Notes: generated by a model from the sequence alone, not told the origin. A stretch of DNA of 32,000 nt from Archaeoglobus fulgidus DSM 4304 (GCF_000008665.1 NC_000917.1:1890001-1922000); one strand, 5' to 3'. Shown: positions 18,351-26,209, numbered from the stretch's first letter. A program made the numbers and translations.

Positions 18351-20576
18351 TCATCCCTCTCCGCATCCAGCTATCCAATTGAAGTCCCAACCTGGATTGT
18401 CACGAGAACTCTGTTCCATCAGCGGAATCTCTTTTAGCAGAGTTACCACCACTTCCGTAAGCTGGTCAAGAAGTTGGAGCATTCTGTAGCCAAAAATCTC
18501 TCTTTCACTGTAAGAAAGGTACTGTCTGTGATTTAGCAGGTAGTTGATACCCGTACTGGCGTCAGGTGGACCGACCACATTTGGCAGCTGCAATAGAACT
18601 TCCGAAATCAGATTTCCGAGTGCATTGTTGAGAGTTGAGTTCAGCATTATTCTGTGGACGATTTCGAAGTTATCTTTAAACTGGACAAACGTCGAAATTA
18701 TGAAGGGGTGGTTGACTGTCTTACCGCAGTTAACCACCAGCCAGAGCACCTCGTGCATGTATGGCAGGAAGTCCGTTATAAAATCATTGAAGGCTCTGTT
18801 CAGATTCACAACATCGCTCTGGGTTGGATATCTCAAGCTCCAAGCAGCCAGCTCTTCACCTGTCGTTTTTGCGATGTAAACAGCATTGTTCAGCAAGTAA
18901 TAGAGCCACGTGTCCATGTAGTTCCTCCAGCCTGCCTCGTCACTCGGATAGTTCGGAACGGTTGTGACGATGGCTGTGAATGGATGTATTCCATAGCGGT
19001 GCCCCATCATAATCCCTATGGCATGCTCGTTGTCAGCAATTAGTCCCACAAAGCCGACGACGCCGAGACCGCCTTTTGGATCTGCAAATAACCCCAACGC
19101 TCCATGAGTTAAGGCCTGTTCAGTTGAGGGGTTTAAAGCACCACAACCAGCATTTGAAACCAGTACACCGTATGGGCCCTCGTGCTGGTCGTAGTGTGTC
19201 GCTCTCATGAAGTCGTCGAGTTCGCCCCCGCCGAAAAGCTGAATGACCATCGCAGCCAGAAAACCAAGTGCGTGGTCGGGTATGTTCATCTGGACAAAGG
19301 GACCTACCCTGTAACCCGAAAAGTAAGTACAATCGTGTCTTCCTTTAAGCGGACCATCTGGGTCACCGTAACAAGCCCCTCCAACGTCTCTACCACACAT
19401 AGGCGTGGTACTTCCAACAGCAATACACGCTCCATCCCAGTCAGCGTCGTCAAAGTTGCCGTAAATACCCTCCCTGTGGCAGTTGGGGTCTGTGCAGTAG
19501 TCATCTAACCCATACTTCCAGATTGTAACGCTGGCTCTGTTTCCAGTAAACTTTTGAACCACGGGAATTGGATACGGTTTCAGCACGGAGTTCTCATCAA
19601 CGTACCAGTTCACCCTCACCCAGTCCGCCCCGCCTGAGTAGTACATTCTGCCGACGAGGGTTATGTCGTAGCTTCCGGGGGTTATGGCAACGTTCTCGGC
19701 CAAAATCGCACGATTGGTTGTTGTGGTGTAGGCGTTGCAGTTAGTCATCACGTCCTCAATTTTAGCAACAAAATTCACTCTCAACTTGTCACTCAGTCCA
19801 ACATTCTTTGGAATGAAGCTAAGTTTAGCGATGCCGCTCGAATTCGTCCAAGCCCCTCCCAAGAATATCCTCTGCGAGTCGAACTCCGCGTAAAACTTGA
19901 CGGGATAATCGGGAACAGGGTTGCCGTTGCTCACAACTTTTGCGTATAATGTTATCGTGTCGGTGTCGAAGAAGCCGTCGTAGTTTCTCGGATTCCCTTC
20001 AGCCTTCACGACGCTTACCGGAAGCGGGTTGGCAACGCTGACCTCGATCTCTACGTAGTCTGACGTCGGATGAGTATACTCCAAACTTCCGTCATGCCCT
20101 ACCGCCAGAATGTGTGCCTCGCAGCTCGCTGTAAAGCTACCGCTTATCCAAGTCCAACTCCCGCTGGTCGTTTCTTCTAATTTCTGCCAGCTGCTACCGT
20201 CCCAGTAGTAGAGCGTGACGTAATCGCCATCCTCCTGCGCGTGTCCCCTCCACCTCACGACGACGTTTGCGTTCTGAGGGATGCTGAAGTAGAAGTGGTG
20301 GGTGTCCTGACCTCCCGAACTGAAACCGCTGCTGTCAGGGCTTTCAATGAGGTCGATATCAGCTTGCGTGAAGGGCGTCCTGTCGCTCGTGTAGTAAGGG
20401 TTGCTCGGAAGGTCTCTCGTGTCCCTGTGCCAAGCTTTTGGGTGAGGCGAGTCCGGAGTAACCTCAAGTCCGCCTATGGAGGAGAAATTAACTGTATACG
20501 TTTTGGCGTCGGCTATATGCGAAATCTGAATAAGTAAAGCTAAAGCTAAGATTATAATTATTTTCACACTTTTCAC
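18351..20576 (-). CDS. Large secreted multidomain protein (741 aa) of unknown function whose C-terminal domain resembles the adjacent small paralogs
   Basis: GTG start at 20576, signal peptide MKSVKIIIILALALLIQISHIADA, beta-rich N-terminal half, Cys-rich central segment (DDYCTDPNCHREG...DGACIAVGSTTPMCGRDVGGACYGD...RHDCTYF), helical C-terminus with NSTLNNALGNLISEVLLQLPNVVGPPDASTG. Confidence 0.85.
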   Translation of the reverse strand: MKSVKIIIILALALLIQISHIADAKTYTVNFSSIGGLEVTPDSPHPKAWHRDTRDLPSNPYYTSDRTPFTQADIDLIESPDSSGFSSGGQDTHHFYFSIPQNANVVVRWRGHAQEDGDYVTLYYWDGSSWQKLEETTSGSWTWISGSFTASCEAHILAVGHDGSLEYTHPTSDYVEIEVSVANPLPVSVVKAEGNPRNYDGFFDTDTITLYAKVVSNGNPVPDYPVKFYAEFDSQRIFLGGAWTNSSGIAKLSFIPKNVGLSDKLRVNFVAKIEDVMTNCNAYTTTTNRAILAENVAITPGSYDITLVGRMYYSGGADWVRVNWYVDENSVLKPYPIPVVQKFTGNRASVTIWKYGLDDYCTDPNCHREGIYGNFDDADWDGACIAVGSTTPMCGRDVGGACYGDPDGPLKGRHDCTYFSGYRVGPFVQMNIPDHALGFLAAMVIQLFGGGELDDFMRATHYDQHEGPYGVLVSNAGCGALNPSTEQALTHGALGLFADPKGGLGVVGFVGLIADNEHAIGIMMGHRYGIHPFTAIVTTVPNYPSDEAGWRNYMDTWLYYLLNNAVYIAKTTGEELAAWSLRYPTQSDVVNLNRAFNDFITDFLPYMHEVLWLVVNCGKTVNHPFIISTFVQFKDNFEIVHRIMLNSTLNNALGNLISEVLLQLPNVVGPPDASTGINYLLNHRQYLSYSEREIFGYRMLQLLDQLTEVVVTLLKEIPLMEQSSRDNPGWDFNWIAGCGEG

Positions 20577-20599
20577 GAAAATTCGATAATCAAATTAAT

Positions 20600-20620
20600 T
20601 ATTAAATGTTTCGTATTGTT
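20600..20620 (-). promoter_or_regulatory. Putative BRE/TATA promoter of the 741-aa gene
   Basis: Minus-strand AACAATACGAAACATTTAATA; TATA centre ~27 nt from GTG 20576, consistent with a leaderless transcript. Confidence 0.55.
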
Positions 20621-20694
20621 GATGGTAATGATAAAGTAAATTATCCCCAGTTTTTCGAACTAAGCCTGAAGAGCTTATTTGTTACCAAAAAGCT

Positions 20695-21147
20695 TTAGGT
20701 GTAAATCAACGAGAATTTCTTCCCCAACTCAGCCAGTGCCGCAAACATCCACTTGAAAAACTGCAGCGCATTGTATGTCAAGTTCGGTGCCTGATTCTGG
20801 CAGTAACCTCCAGTCTGAATGCACTCGTAGCTTTTCCTCCAGATGTAGGCTATACCCCAGTTTGCGTTATCGTCTCCAAACACGTAGGTGGCATTTCCAG
20901 CAACCTTCTGCCAGATTCCTACACTGTAGCGCATCATCGTGTCATTCGCAGAAACTATGTTCACTGTATCCCTGAAAACATCTGAAAAGTACTTCAAAAA
21001 GCCGGAAATGTAGTAGATGCTCTCAGCAGTTTTCTCGGCAAGAGTGTCGTTTACAGCAATTGCCCTCATCACCTCAGCGTTTAGCATGAAAAGCCACTGA
21101 AAGAAATCTATGAAGTACGAGAAGGCAATCCAGACGTCAAGCGGCAT
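20695..21147 (-). CDS. Tandem small paralog A (150 aa), unknown function
   Basis: Motif NDTMMRYSVGIWQKVAGNATYVFGDDNANWGIAYI; preceded by GGTGAT Shine-Dalgarno. Confidence 0.8.
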   Translation of the reverse strand: MPLDVWIAFSYFIDFFQWLFMLNAEVMRAIAVNDTLAEKTAESIYYISGFLKYFSDVFRDTVNIVSANDTMMRYSVGIWQKVAGNATYVFGDDNANWGIAYIWRKSYECIQTGGYCQNQAPNLTYNALQFFKWMFAALAELGKKFSLIYT

Positions 21148-21153
21148 CCTCCA

Positions 21154-21624
21154 TCACCCCGGAAAGTAATTGGGAAACACCTTGAGCGCATCGGCCATCA
21201 GTATCACCAGATGCTTTGCCGCATAATACAGATTTGAAACGAAGTCCGGGTTGTTTGAAACGCTCTCCGCCATCACTTTTACCAAAAAGGCTGTCCCATT
21301 ATCCCCTGAAACATCCCCAAATATGTATGTCCCGTTTTTTGCAGCAATCTCAACCACTTCAGCAAACTCATTCTCAAGCGTTGCGTTGTGGTTAATCTGC
21401 CAGATAAACCCATTCGTATCGAAAAGGAGCTTTCTGAACCATGAAATTGCCGCATCAACGTGGTACCAAATCTCCCAGAAGCTCTGATAGTTCCCCCTCG
21501 AAGCGTTGAGAGTGGTTTCGTTGTTCCCCACGTATTTTAGATAGATGAAAAAGTCGCCGAGAGCCCTGAGCAGTGCGGAGAGGCCCTGCAGCATCACGTT
21601 GCCAAGCTCGGCTGCTGTTGGCAT
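21154..21624 (-). CDS. Tandem small paralog B (156 aa), unknown function
   Basis: Motif [35 protein letters not shown]; preceded by GAGGTGAT. Confidence 0.8.
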
Positions 21625-21633
21625 TCGATCACC

Positions 21634-22062
21634 TCACAGGTACTCAAAAACTTTCACAAAGTAGATTATCGTGCTATTCACCGCCCTCGCAAATTTCACC
21701 GCCATATCCTCTGAAAGCTGCTGGTTTTGACTAAGCTCGATGTAGGAGTGCTTGGCAATGTAGGCCATCCCGCTCTCCCCCTCAACCGTGCCGAAAAAGT
21801 GGTAGGAGTTCTCCGACAGAGTGTGGAGGACATCGGTGAAATTTGCCATCGCAGTAGCATTGTTTGCGGTAACACCGAGAATTGTCGCCAGAAACTTTGT
21901 TCCCCACAGCAGAAGGGATAGCTGCCCGTAAATGAAATTAGTATGTTCTGGAATGAGATGCGCATTTATGGGCTCAAGCAACCCGTAAATCAGGACAAAG
22001 ATGTCTGATATTGGCCTTAGAATCGCATTTAAGGCAAAATCTGTCGCTGCTGCTATGGGCAT
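21634..22062 (-). CDS. Tandem small paralog C (142 aa), unknown function
   Basis: Motif NATAMANFTDVLHTLSENSYHFFGTVEGESGMAYI; preceded by GAGGTGAT overlapping the stop of D. Confidence 0.8.
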   Translation of the reverse strand: MPIAAATDFALNAILRPISDIFVLIYGLLEPINAHLIPEHTNFIYGQLSLLLWGTKFLATILGVTANNATAMANFTDVLHTLSENSYHFFGTVEGESGMAYIAKHSYIELSQNQQLSEDMAVKFARAVNSTIIYFVKVFEYL

Positions 22063-22066
22063 TCCA

Positions 22067-22498
22067 TCACCTCAGCGTTGAATTGATGTTTTCAAGCATC
22101 CTCATCGCCACCTCCACACCGCTCTTGGCTAAATTCCAAACCTTCAAGGCGAATTCATCATCAATCAACCCCACAAAATGGCTCATTACCGCAGACAGAC
22201 CCTTCTGACCAGTTTCGTTGCCAAAAATCGTTTCCGCGTTCCCTCCAATATAGTTTATCGCGTAGCTGATGTTCTTCATCGCGGAAACGTTTTTGGATGC
22301 AACATCTAAGGCTCCTCCATCCCCTACAAAGGGCTTGATGAACCAGTAACCGAATCCTGCAGCGTGAATTGAAACATTCCACACTTCCGCAACATCAACA
22401 GAGTTGTTAAGCAATAAGCTGAATGCGTTCGTCAGCAACTCGAAATTGGCCAGAACAATCTGCATTAAGGCGTTGGCGAAGTCTGCTGCGTTTGCCAT
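22067..22498 (-). CDS. Tandem small paralog D (143 aa), unknown function
   Basis: Motif NVSAMKNISYAINYIGGNAETIFGNETGQKGLSAV; first gene of the A-D tandem array. Confidence 0.8.
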   Translation of the reverse strand: MANAADFANALMQIVLANFELLTNAFSLLLNNSVDVAEVWNVSIHAAGFGYWFIKPFVGDGGALDVASKNVSAMKNISYAINYIGGNAETIFGNETGQKGLSAVMSHFVGLIDDEFALKVWNLAKSGVEVAMRMLENINSTLR

Positions 22499-22517
22499 TG
22501 GAGAGATTTGTCATTAT

Positions 22518-22542
22518 CTAATAAAAAACTTTTCGCATTGTT
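22518..22542 (-). promoter_or_regulatory. Putative BRE/TATA promoter of the tandem array
   Basis: Minus-strand AACAATGCGAAAAGTTTTTTATTAG, TATA-like centre ~24 nt before ATG 22498; upstream element matches the 741-aa gene promoter (AACAAT[A/G]CGAAA). Confidence 0.5.
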
Positions 22543-22607
22543 AGAATTAAATGTTATGATGAGCATCAACACTTATTTGCTCTATGACTGATTTTTTCAG
22601 AGCCATG

Positions 22608-23036
22608 CTAATTATTGGCCTTTCTGTAATCTACGTAGCTCTTAACGAAGTCTCTCACCATCCCGTAAAACAGCTTTGCTGAGAAGTAAAGGACAGCAAC
22701 GGGCAGCACGATGCTTAAGGAGTTCTCGACTCCGAGAAACTGCAATGCAACGATATAGGGAGAGAGAAGGAGGAAGTAAAGCGGTGTGAAAAAGGAAATT
22801 TTCCTGAAGAAGACTCTGCCGTAAATTTCGTTCATCATGTCCTGAAAACCCCTGTAAGCCTCTCTATCACCCGACAGCATGGCAAGCATGGAAAGCTCCT
22901 TGTATTCCTCAATTTCAGCCTCCATTCTGGCAATATCAAGCACGTAGCTGCTGAAAAATCTGATTGCCACTAATTCCTCAATTTTCTCAACAATAACTGC
23001 TACGAGCAGAGTTAAAAAAATTAAGAAATAGTTCAT
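22608..23036 (-). CDS. Small three-TM membrane protein with coiled-coil hairpin, reminiscent of DUF106/EMC3 (Oxa1 superfamily)
   Basis: ATG 23036 overlaps TauE stop (ATGA). 142 aa: TM MNYFLIFLTLLVAVIV, charged helices RMEAEIEEYKELSMLAMLSGDREAYRGFQDMMNEIYGRVFFRKISFF, then two hydrophobic segments. ORF-track 208-aa version is a 5' overextension into TauE. Confidence 0.6.
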   Translation of the reverse strand: MNYFLIFLTLLVAVIVEKIEELVAIRFFSSYVLDIARMEAEIEEYKELSMLAMLSGDREAYRGFQDMMNEIYGRVFFRKISFFTPLYFLLLSPYIVALQFLGVENSLSIVLPVAVLYFSAKLFYGMVRDFVKSYVDYRKANN

Positions 23037-24055
23037 GGTGGAAGCTTGATTCCGAAGAATGCGCTCAGCACGTACCTCGTTCCGACGTAGAGGGCAAGGA
23101 TGCCGAAGAGGGCGAAGAGAGCATCTTGCGGGATGTACTTCTGAGTTCTCGGACCAATGTAGCTGCCGATGAATATTCCTGCCCATCCAGCAACGATGAG
23201 GGCCACAGGATACATCACTCCCCTTGCCAGCCATCCAAGTACAGTTGATGTCTGTGTAAAGAACACTGCAAGCGTTGAAGCTCCGGGAACGACGTAGAAG
23301 GGCAGTCCGAGGCTCGTCAGGAACGGGACGAAGAGGAATCCGCCTCCAATTCCTATCACTGCGGAGAACAATCCAATCAGGAAGCCGACGATGAAAGGTG
23401 CGAAGTTCTTCACTCTGAAGCTTTCGCCGAAGAACTCGAAGGTCGTCTCGCTAAGGCCAACCTTCAGGTTCTTGATGCCCTCAAGCTCGTGCAGCCTTCC
23501 GCTCTCTCTGAGCTCCTTAACCTTCTGCTGGAACCTCTGTGCAGCCTCTCTTCCGGCCTTCTTTCCCGCCTTGGCCCTTGGTGTGAGCTGGTAGAACATG
23601 TATCCTGCAATCAGATAGGTCGCCAGACCGAACAGGCCTTTATACATTGAAGGAGCAACCTGCCCACCAGTGCCCCACACACCAACCTGAGCACCGATGA
23701 CGGCTCCAAGACCGAGTGCAACACCAGCAGGCCATACGAGTCTCTTCTGAGTGTACCAGTTGTAGGTTGACGACACAGCATTAAACCACGTCTGCACAGA
23801 GTTGCCCAGCCTGATGGTATCTGTCAGGTATTTGCCCGCATCGGTGTAGGAGCCAATGTTAACCTTTGTCCCCTTCAGCTTGCTTGCCCAGTCGCCAATT
23901 CCGAAGATTGTAATGTGGCCGAAACCAGCCATGATACCTCCAAATGCCCCGACGGTTGAGAAAATCCAGCCAACCCAGATGAACCACAGAAAGACCATCA
24001 GGGCATTCACCGTTATAACGTTCCCGTCTATCTCAGCCCATACTACATCCAGCAA
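23033..24055 (-). CDS. TauE/SafE-family permease (sulfite/anion exporter-like)
   Basis: 340 aa; VGWIFSTVGAFGGIMAGFGHI, VALGLGAVIGAQVG, FAPFIVGFLIGLFSAVIGIGGGFLFVPFLTSLGLPFYVVPGASTLAVFF - duplicated TauE half-repeats separated by a ~70-aa charged loop. Confidence 0.88.
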   Translation of the reverse strand: MLDVVWAEIDGNVITVNALMVFLWFIWVGWIFSTVGAFGGIMAGFGHITIFGIGDWASKLKGTKVNIGSYTDAGKYLTDTIRLGNSVQTWFNAVSSTYNWYTQKRLVWPAGVALGLGAVIGAQVGVWGTGGQVAPSMYKGLFGLATYLIAGYMFYQLTPRAKAGKKAGREAAQRFQQKVKELRESGRLHELEGIKNLKVGLSETTFEFFGESFRVKNFAPFIVGFLIGLFSAVIGIGGGFLFVPFLTSLGLPFYVVPGASTLAVFFTQTSTVLGWLARGVMYPVALIVAGWAGIFIGSYIGPRTQKYIPQDALFALFGILALYVGTRYVLSAFFGIKLPP

Positions 24056-24069
24056 GGTATCACCTCCCT

Positions 24070-24942
24070 TTACTCATCCTCCTTTGGCTTCCTGAAGAGC
24101 AGGAAGTTGCAGAGCTTGCAAATATCGAATCCGGGATAGGTTTCCCCTGTTCTGGGGAAGCTCGCTCCTCCCTGACTTGCAGTTCTCTCAAGGAGTCTGA
24201 CTACCAGCTTCTCGAAGTGAGCCCAAGGTATGAAGACGTTTATCTCGCCCTGCTCCGTTTTTCCTGCCGTGTAGCTGCCACTGCACATGGGAACAATGTT
24301 GATGGTGTTCTCCACGTAGCTCCACACCGCTCCACCGCATGCAGCGGAGTTCATCATGAAGTTGGGTCTGATTGGATGGACGTCCATGGCCGCTGCGTAG
24401 TCGTTGTAGAGGTGGTAGCTCTGCAGAACGTCGCAGATTATGAACACCAGATCAGGCTCAAACTTTGCTTTGTGGAGTGGAGCGGTGGCAAAGGCAAGAA
24501 GTCCTTCAGGCAGCCTTGGCTTGGTCTTTACGAATCTCTCAGCCTGTTCCCTGTCTTTGACATACTTCATGTGGCTCTTGATCTCATTCTCATCGTAGTC
24601 CTTCCAGCCAAAGAGGTAGCGGGCGTTGCTACATCCCAGCGTTCTCCTTTCCCCAAACAGCACATCTCCCTTCTGCCTCGACTCAGCGCAGAAATGGCAG
24701 AAGGTGAAGGGGTTGCATGCTACAAGGTACTCATGCTCCGCCTTGAACTTCTCCACCTCAGCCTCGTCGTAGAAGAACTTCACCGCTACAGGATAGTACT
24801 TCAGCCTCAGCAGGTTTCTAAGAACGAAAACCATGTCGGCTCTGCTCAGCCCTGCTTTGTCCTTCTTTAGCAGCATCGCTTCTGCAAACTTCCTGTCGTC
24901 GAGCAGCACTTCACTGTCGATAAAAACACTGGATTGCTGCAT
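24070..24942 (-). CDS. DUF169 family protein
   Basis: LLRLKYYPVAVKFFYDEAEVEKF...VACNPFTFCHFCAESRQKGDVLFGERRTLGCSNARYLFGW...; start assigned to second ATG (24942, MQQSSVF) because TATA-like ttttaaat overlaps the first ATG at 24966. Confidence 0.78.
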   Translation of the reverse strand: MQQSSVFIDSEVLLDDRKFAEAMLLKKDKAGLSRADMVFVLRNLLRLKYYPVAVKFFYDEAEVEKFKAEHEYLVACNPFTFCHFCAESRQKGDVLFGERRTLGCSNARYLFGWKDYDENEIKSHMKYVKDREQAERFVKTKPRLPEGLLAFATAPLHKAKFEPDLVFIICDVLQSYHLYNDYAAAMDVHPIRPNFMMNSAACGGAVWSYVENTINIVPMCSGSYTAGKTEQGEINVFIPWAHFEKLVVRLLERTASQGGASFPRTGETYPGFDICKLCNFLLFRKPKEDE

Positions 24943-24973
24943 AGTCAGCGGTGATTTCGGATGCATTTAAAAT

Positions 24974-25002
24974 TTTCGAAATTTTCCAAATGTATTTCGA
25001 AA
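24974..25002. promoter_or_regulatory. Two TTTCGAAA palindromes with 21-bp spacing, candidate regulator operator
   Basis: TTTCGAAATTTT begins at 24974 and again at 24995, overlapping/upstream of the DUF169 promoter; TTCGAAATTTT recurs at 26090-26100 next to the LysR start. Confidence 0.45.
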
Positions 25003-25130
25003 TTTTTTGAAAGTTCGGAGTTTTTGCTTGCCTAAAATAGCATTTTAATTAAAAGCTGTAATATATTAAATTATAAGGTAACTGCTTCAAAAAACTCAAC
25101 TTTAAAGGTTAAGTGGATTCAAAAACCATT

Positions 25131-26087
25131 TCAAAAAAGCCGAAAAATTAAAATTATCCGAAACACCTGCACTGCAAAATCTTCGAAAAGCTGCCTCCCC
25201 TTGGCCAGAATGAAGTCAAGATACTCCCTCATCTTTTTGCTCTCCAAAGATAGCTTGGAGGAGACGAGGTAGATATCTCTCTCCGATTTAAAGCCCTCAA
25301 TTTTTCTCATCTTTATCAAGCCAACCTCACACGCCTTGCAGGCTGCGATGAAGGATGTGATGGCAATTCCAATCCCGCTGCTCACCGCATTGATTTTCGA
25401 GTAGAAGTCGCTGACCGTATAAGCAATATCCAGCTCGCTTAGCTTCAATCCGCTCGCCATCAGCGCTTTTTTTGTGCTCGTTGTAATGCCGTAGTTGTCG
25501 TCAAGCATTACTATCGGATATTTCGTAATGTCTTCCAGCGTGACAACAGGCTTCTCAGCAAGCTCGTGGTTTGGCGGTGTGATTAGAACGAGGTGGTCCT
25601 CGCCCAGAACATCGCAGTTGAGCCTGTCGAACTCAAGGTGCTCGTCGAGGATGTCCCCAGCTATAGCGAAGTCGAATTCTCCGCTCAAAACACCCCTAAC
25701 GCACTCATGAGCTCCTCTGAGAGCCACGTTAACCTCAAGCTGTGGGTAGGTGGCCTTCAAAAGAGTTTGAATGGCGTGGACGATGTTCAACCCCACCATT
25801 CCTGAAGCTATGGTTATCTTATCCCCCCTGAGGTTCGAAATCAGCTTTTTGGTCTCCTCAACGCTGCTGAGAATGGACTTCATGTTTTTGATTGCTATCT
25901 TGCCCTCATCTGTCAGCTTTACGCCATTGGTCCCCCTTTCAAGCAGCTTCACCCCATAGAAGGATTCAATTGAGTTAATCTGAAAGCTCACAGAGCTGAC
26001 TGACATTCCGAGGTTCTTTGCAGCCTTCTTCAGGCTTCCCGACTCAACGACCTCCATGAAGGTTTTCATGAAATCGAGCCTAACCAT
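25131..26087 (-). CDS. LysR-family transcriptional regulator
   Basis: Start ATG 26087: MVRLDFMKTFMEVVESGSLKKAAKNLGMSVSSVSFQINSIESFYGVKLLERGTNGVKLTDEG, followed by substrate-binding domain. Confidence 0.92.
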   Translation of the reverse strand: MVRLDFMKTFMEVVESGSLKKAAKNLGMSVSSVSFQINSIESFYGVKLLERGTNGVKLTDEGKIAIKNMKSILSSVEETKKLISNLRGDKITIASGMVGLNIVHAIQTLLKATYPQLEVNVALRGAHECVRGVLSGEFDFAIAGDILDEHLEFDRLNCDVLGEDHLVLITPPNHELAEKPVVTLEDITKYPIVMLDDNYGITTSTKKALMASGLKLSELDIAYTVSDFYSKINAVSSGIGIAITSFIAACKACEVGLIKMRKIEGFKSERDIYLVSSKLSLESKKMREYLDFILAKGRQLFEDFAVQVFRIILIFRLF

Positions 26088-26209
26088 GATTCGAAATTTT
26101 TGCATTGGTTTTAAAATTTTTTGAATTTTTATTATCCGTGACAGATTGAGGCAATGCGAATCCCTAAATTATTAAATAACTGACGGAGATTCTTGTCAGG
26201 TGGTTTCAA

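Noticed and set aside
19182-19508. 108-aa plus-strand ORF antisense to the 741-aa gene (and 18544..18879, 18654..19043, 20241..20537)
   Set aside because: No promoter or protein-like pattern; the minus-strand frame is continuous with signal peptide and domain structure.
20695-22498. Abundant N-x-S/T sequons as proof that A-D are N-glycosylated surface proteins
   Set aside because: A-D lack clear signal peptides and are Asn-rich, so sequons may arise by chance; only the one at the start of the motif is positionally conserved.
22608-23234. 208-aa version of the small membrane protein
   Set aside because: The extra N-terminal ~66 aa are translated out of frame from the TauE gene; ATG at 23036 with ATGA overlap is the natural start.
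24217-24870. 217-aa plus-strand ORF opposite DUF169
   Set aside because: Antisense shadow of a gene with clear conserved cysteine motifs and promoter; no independent support.
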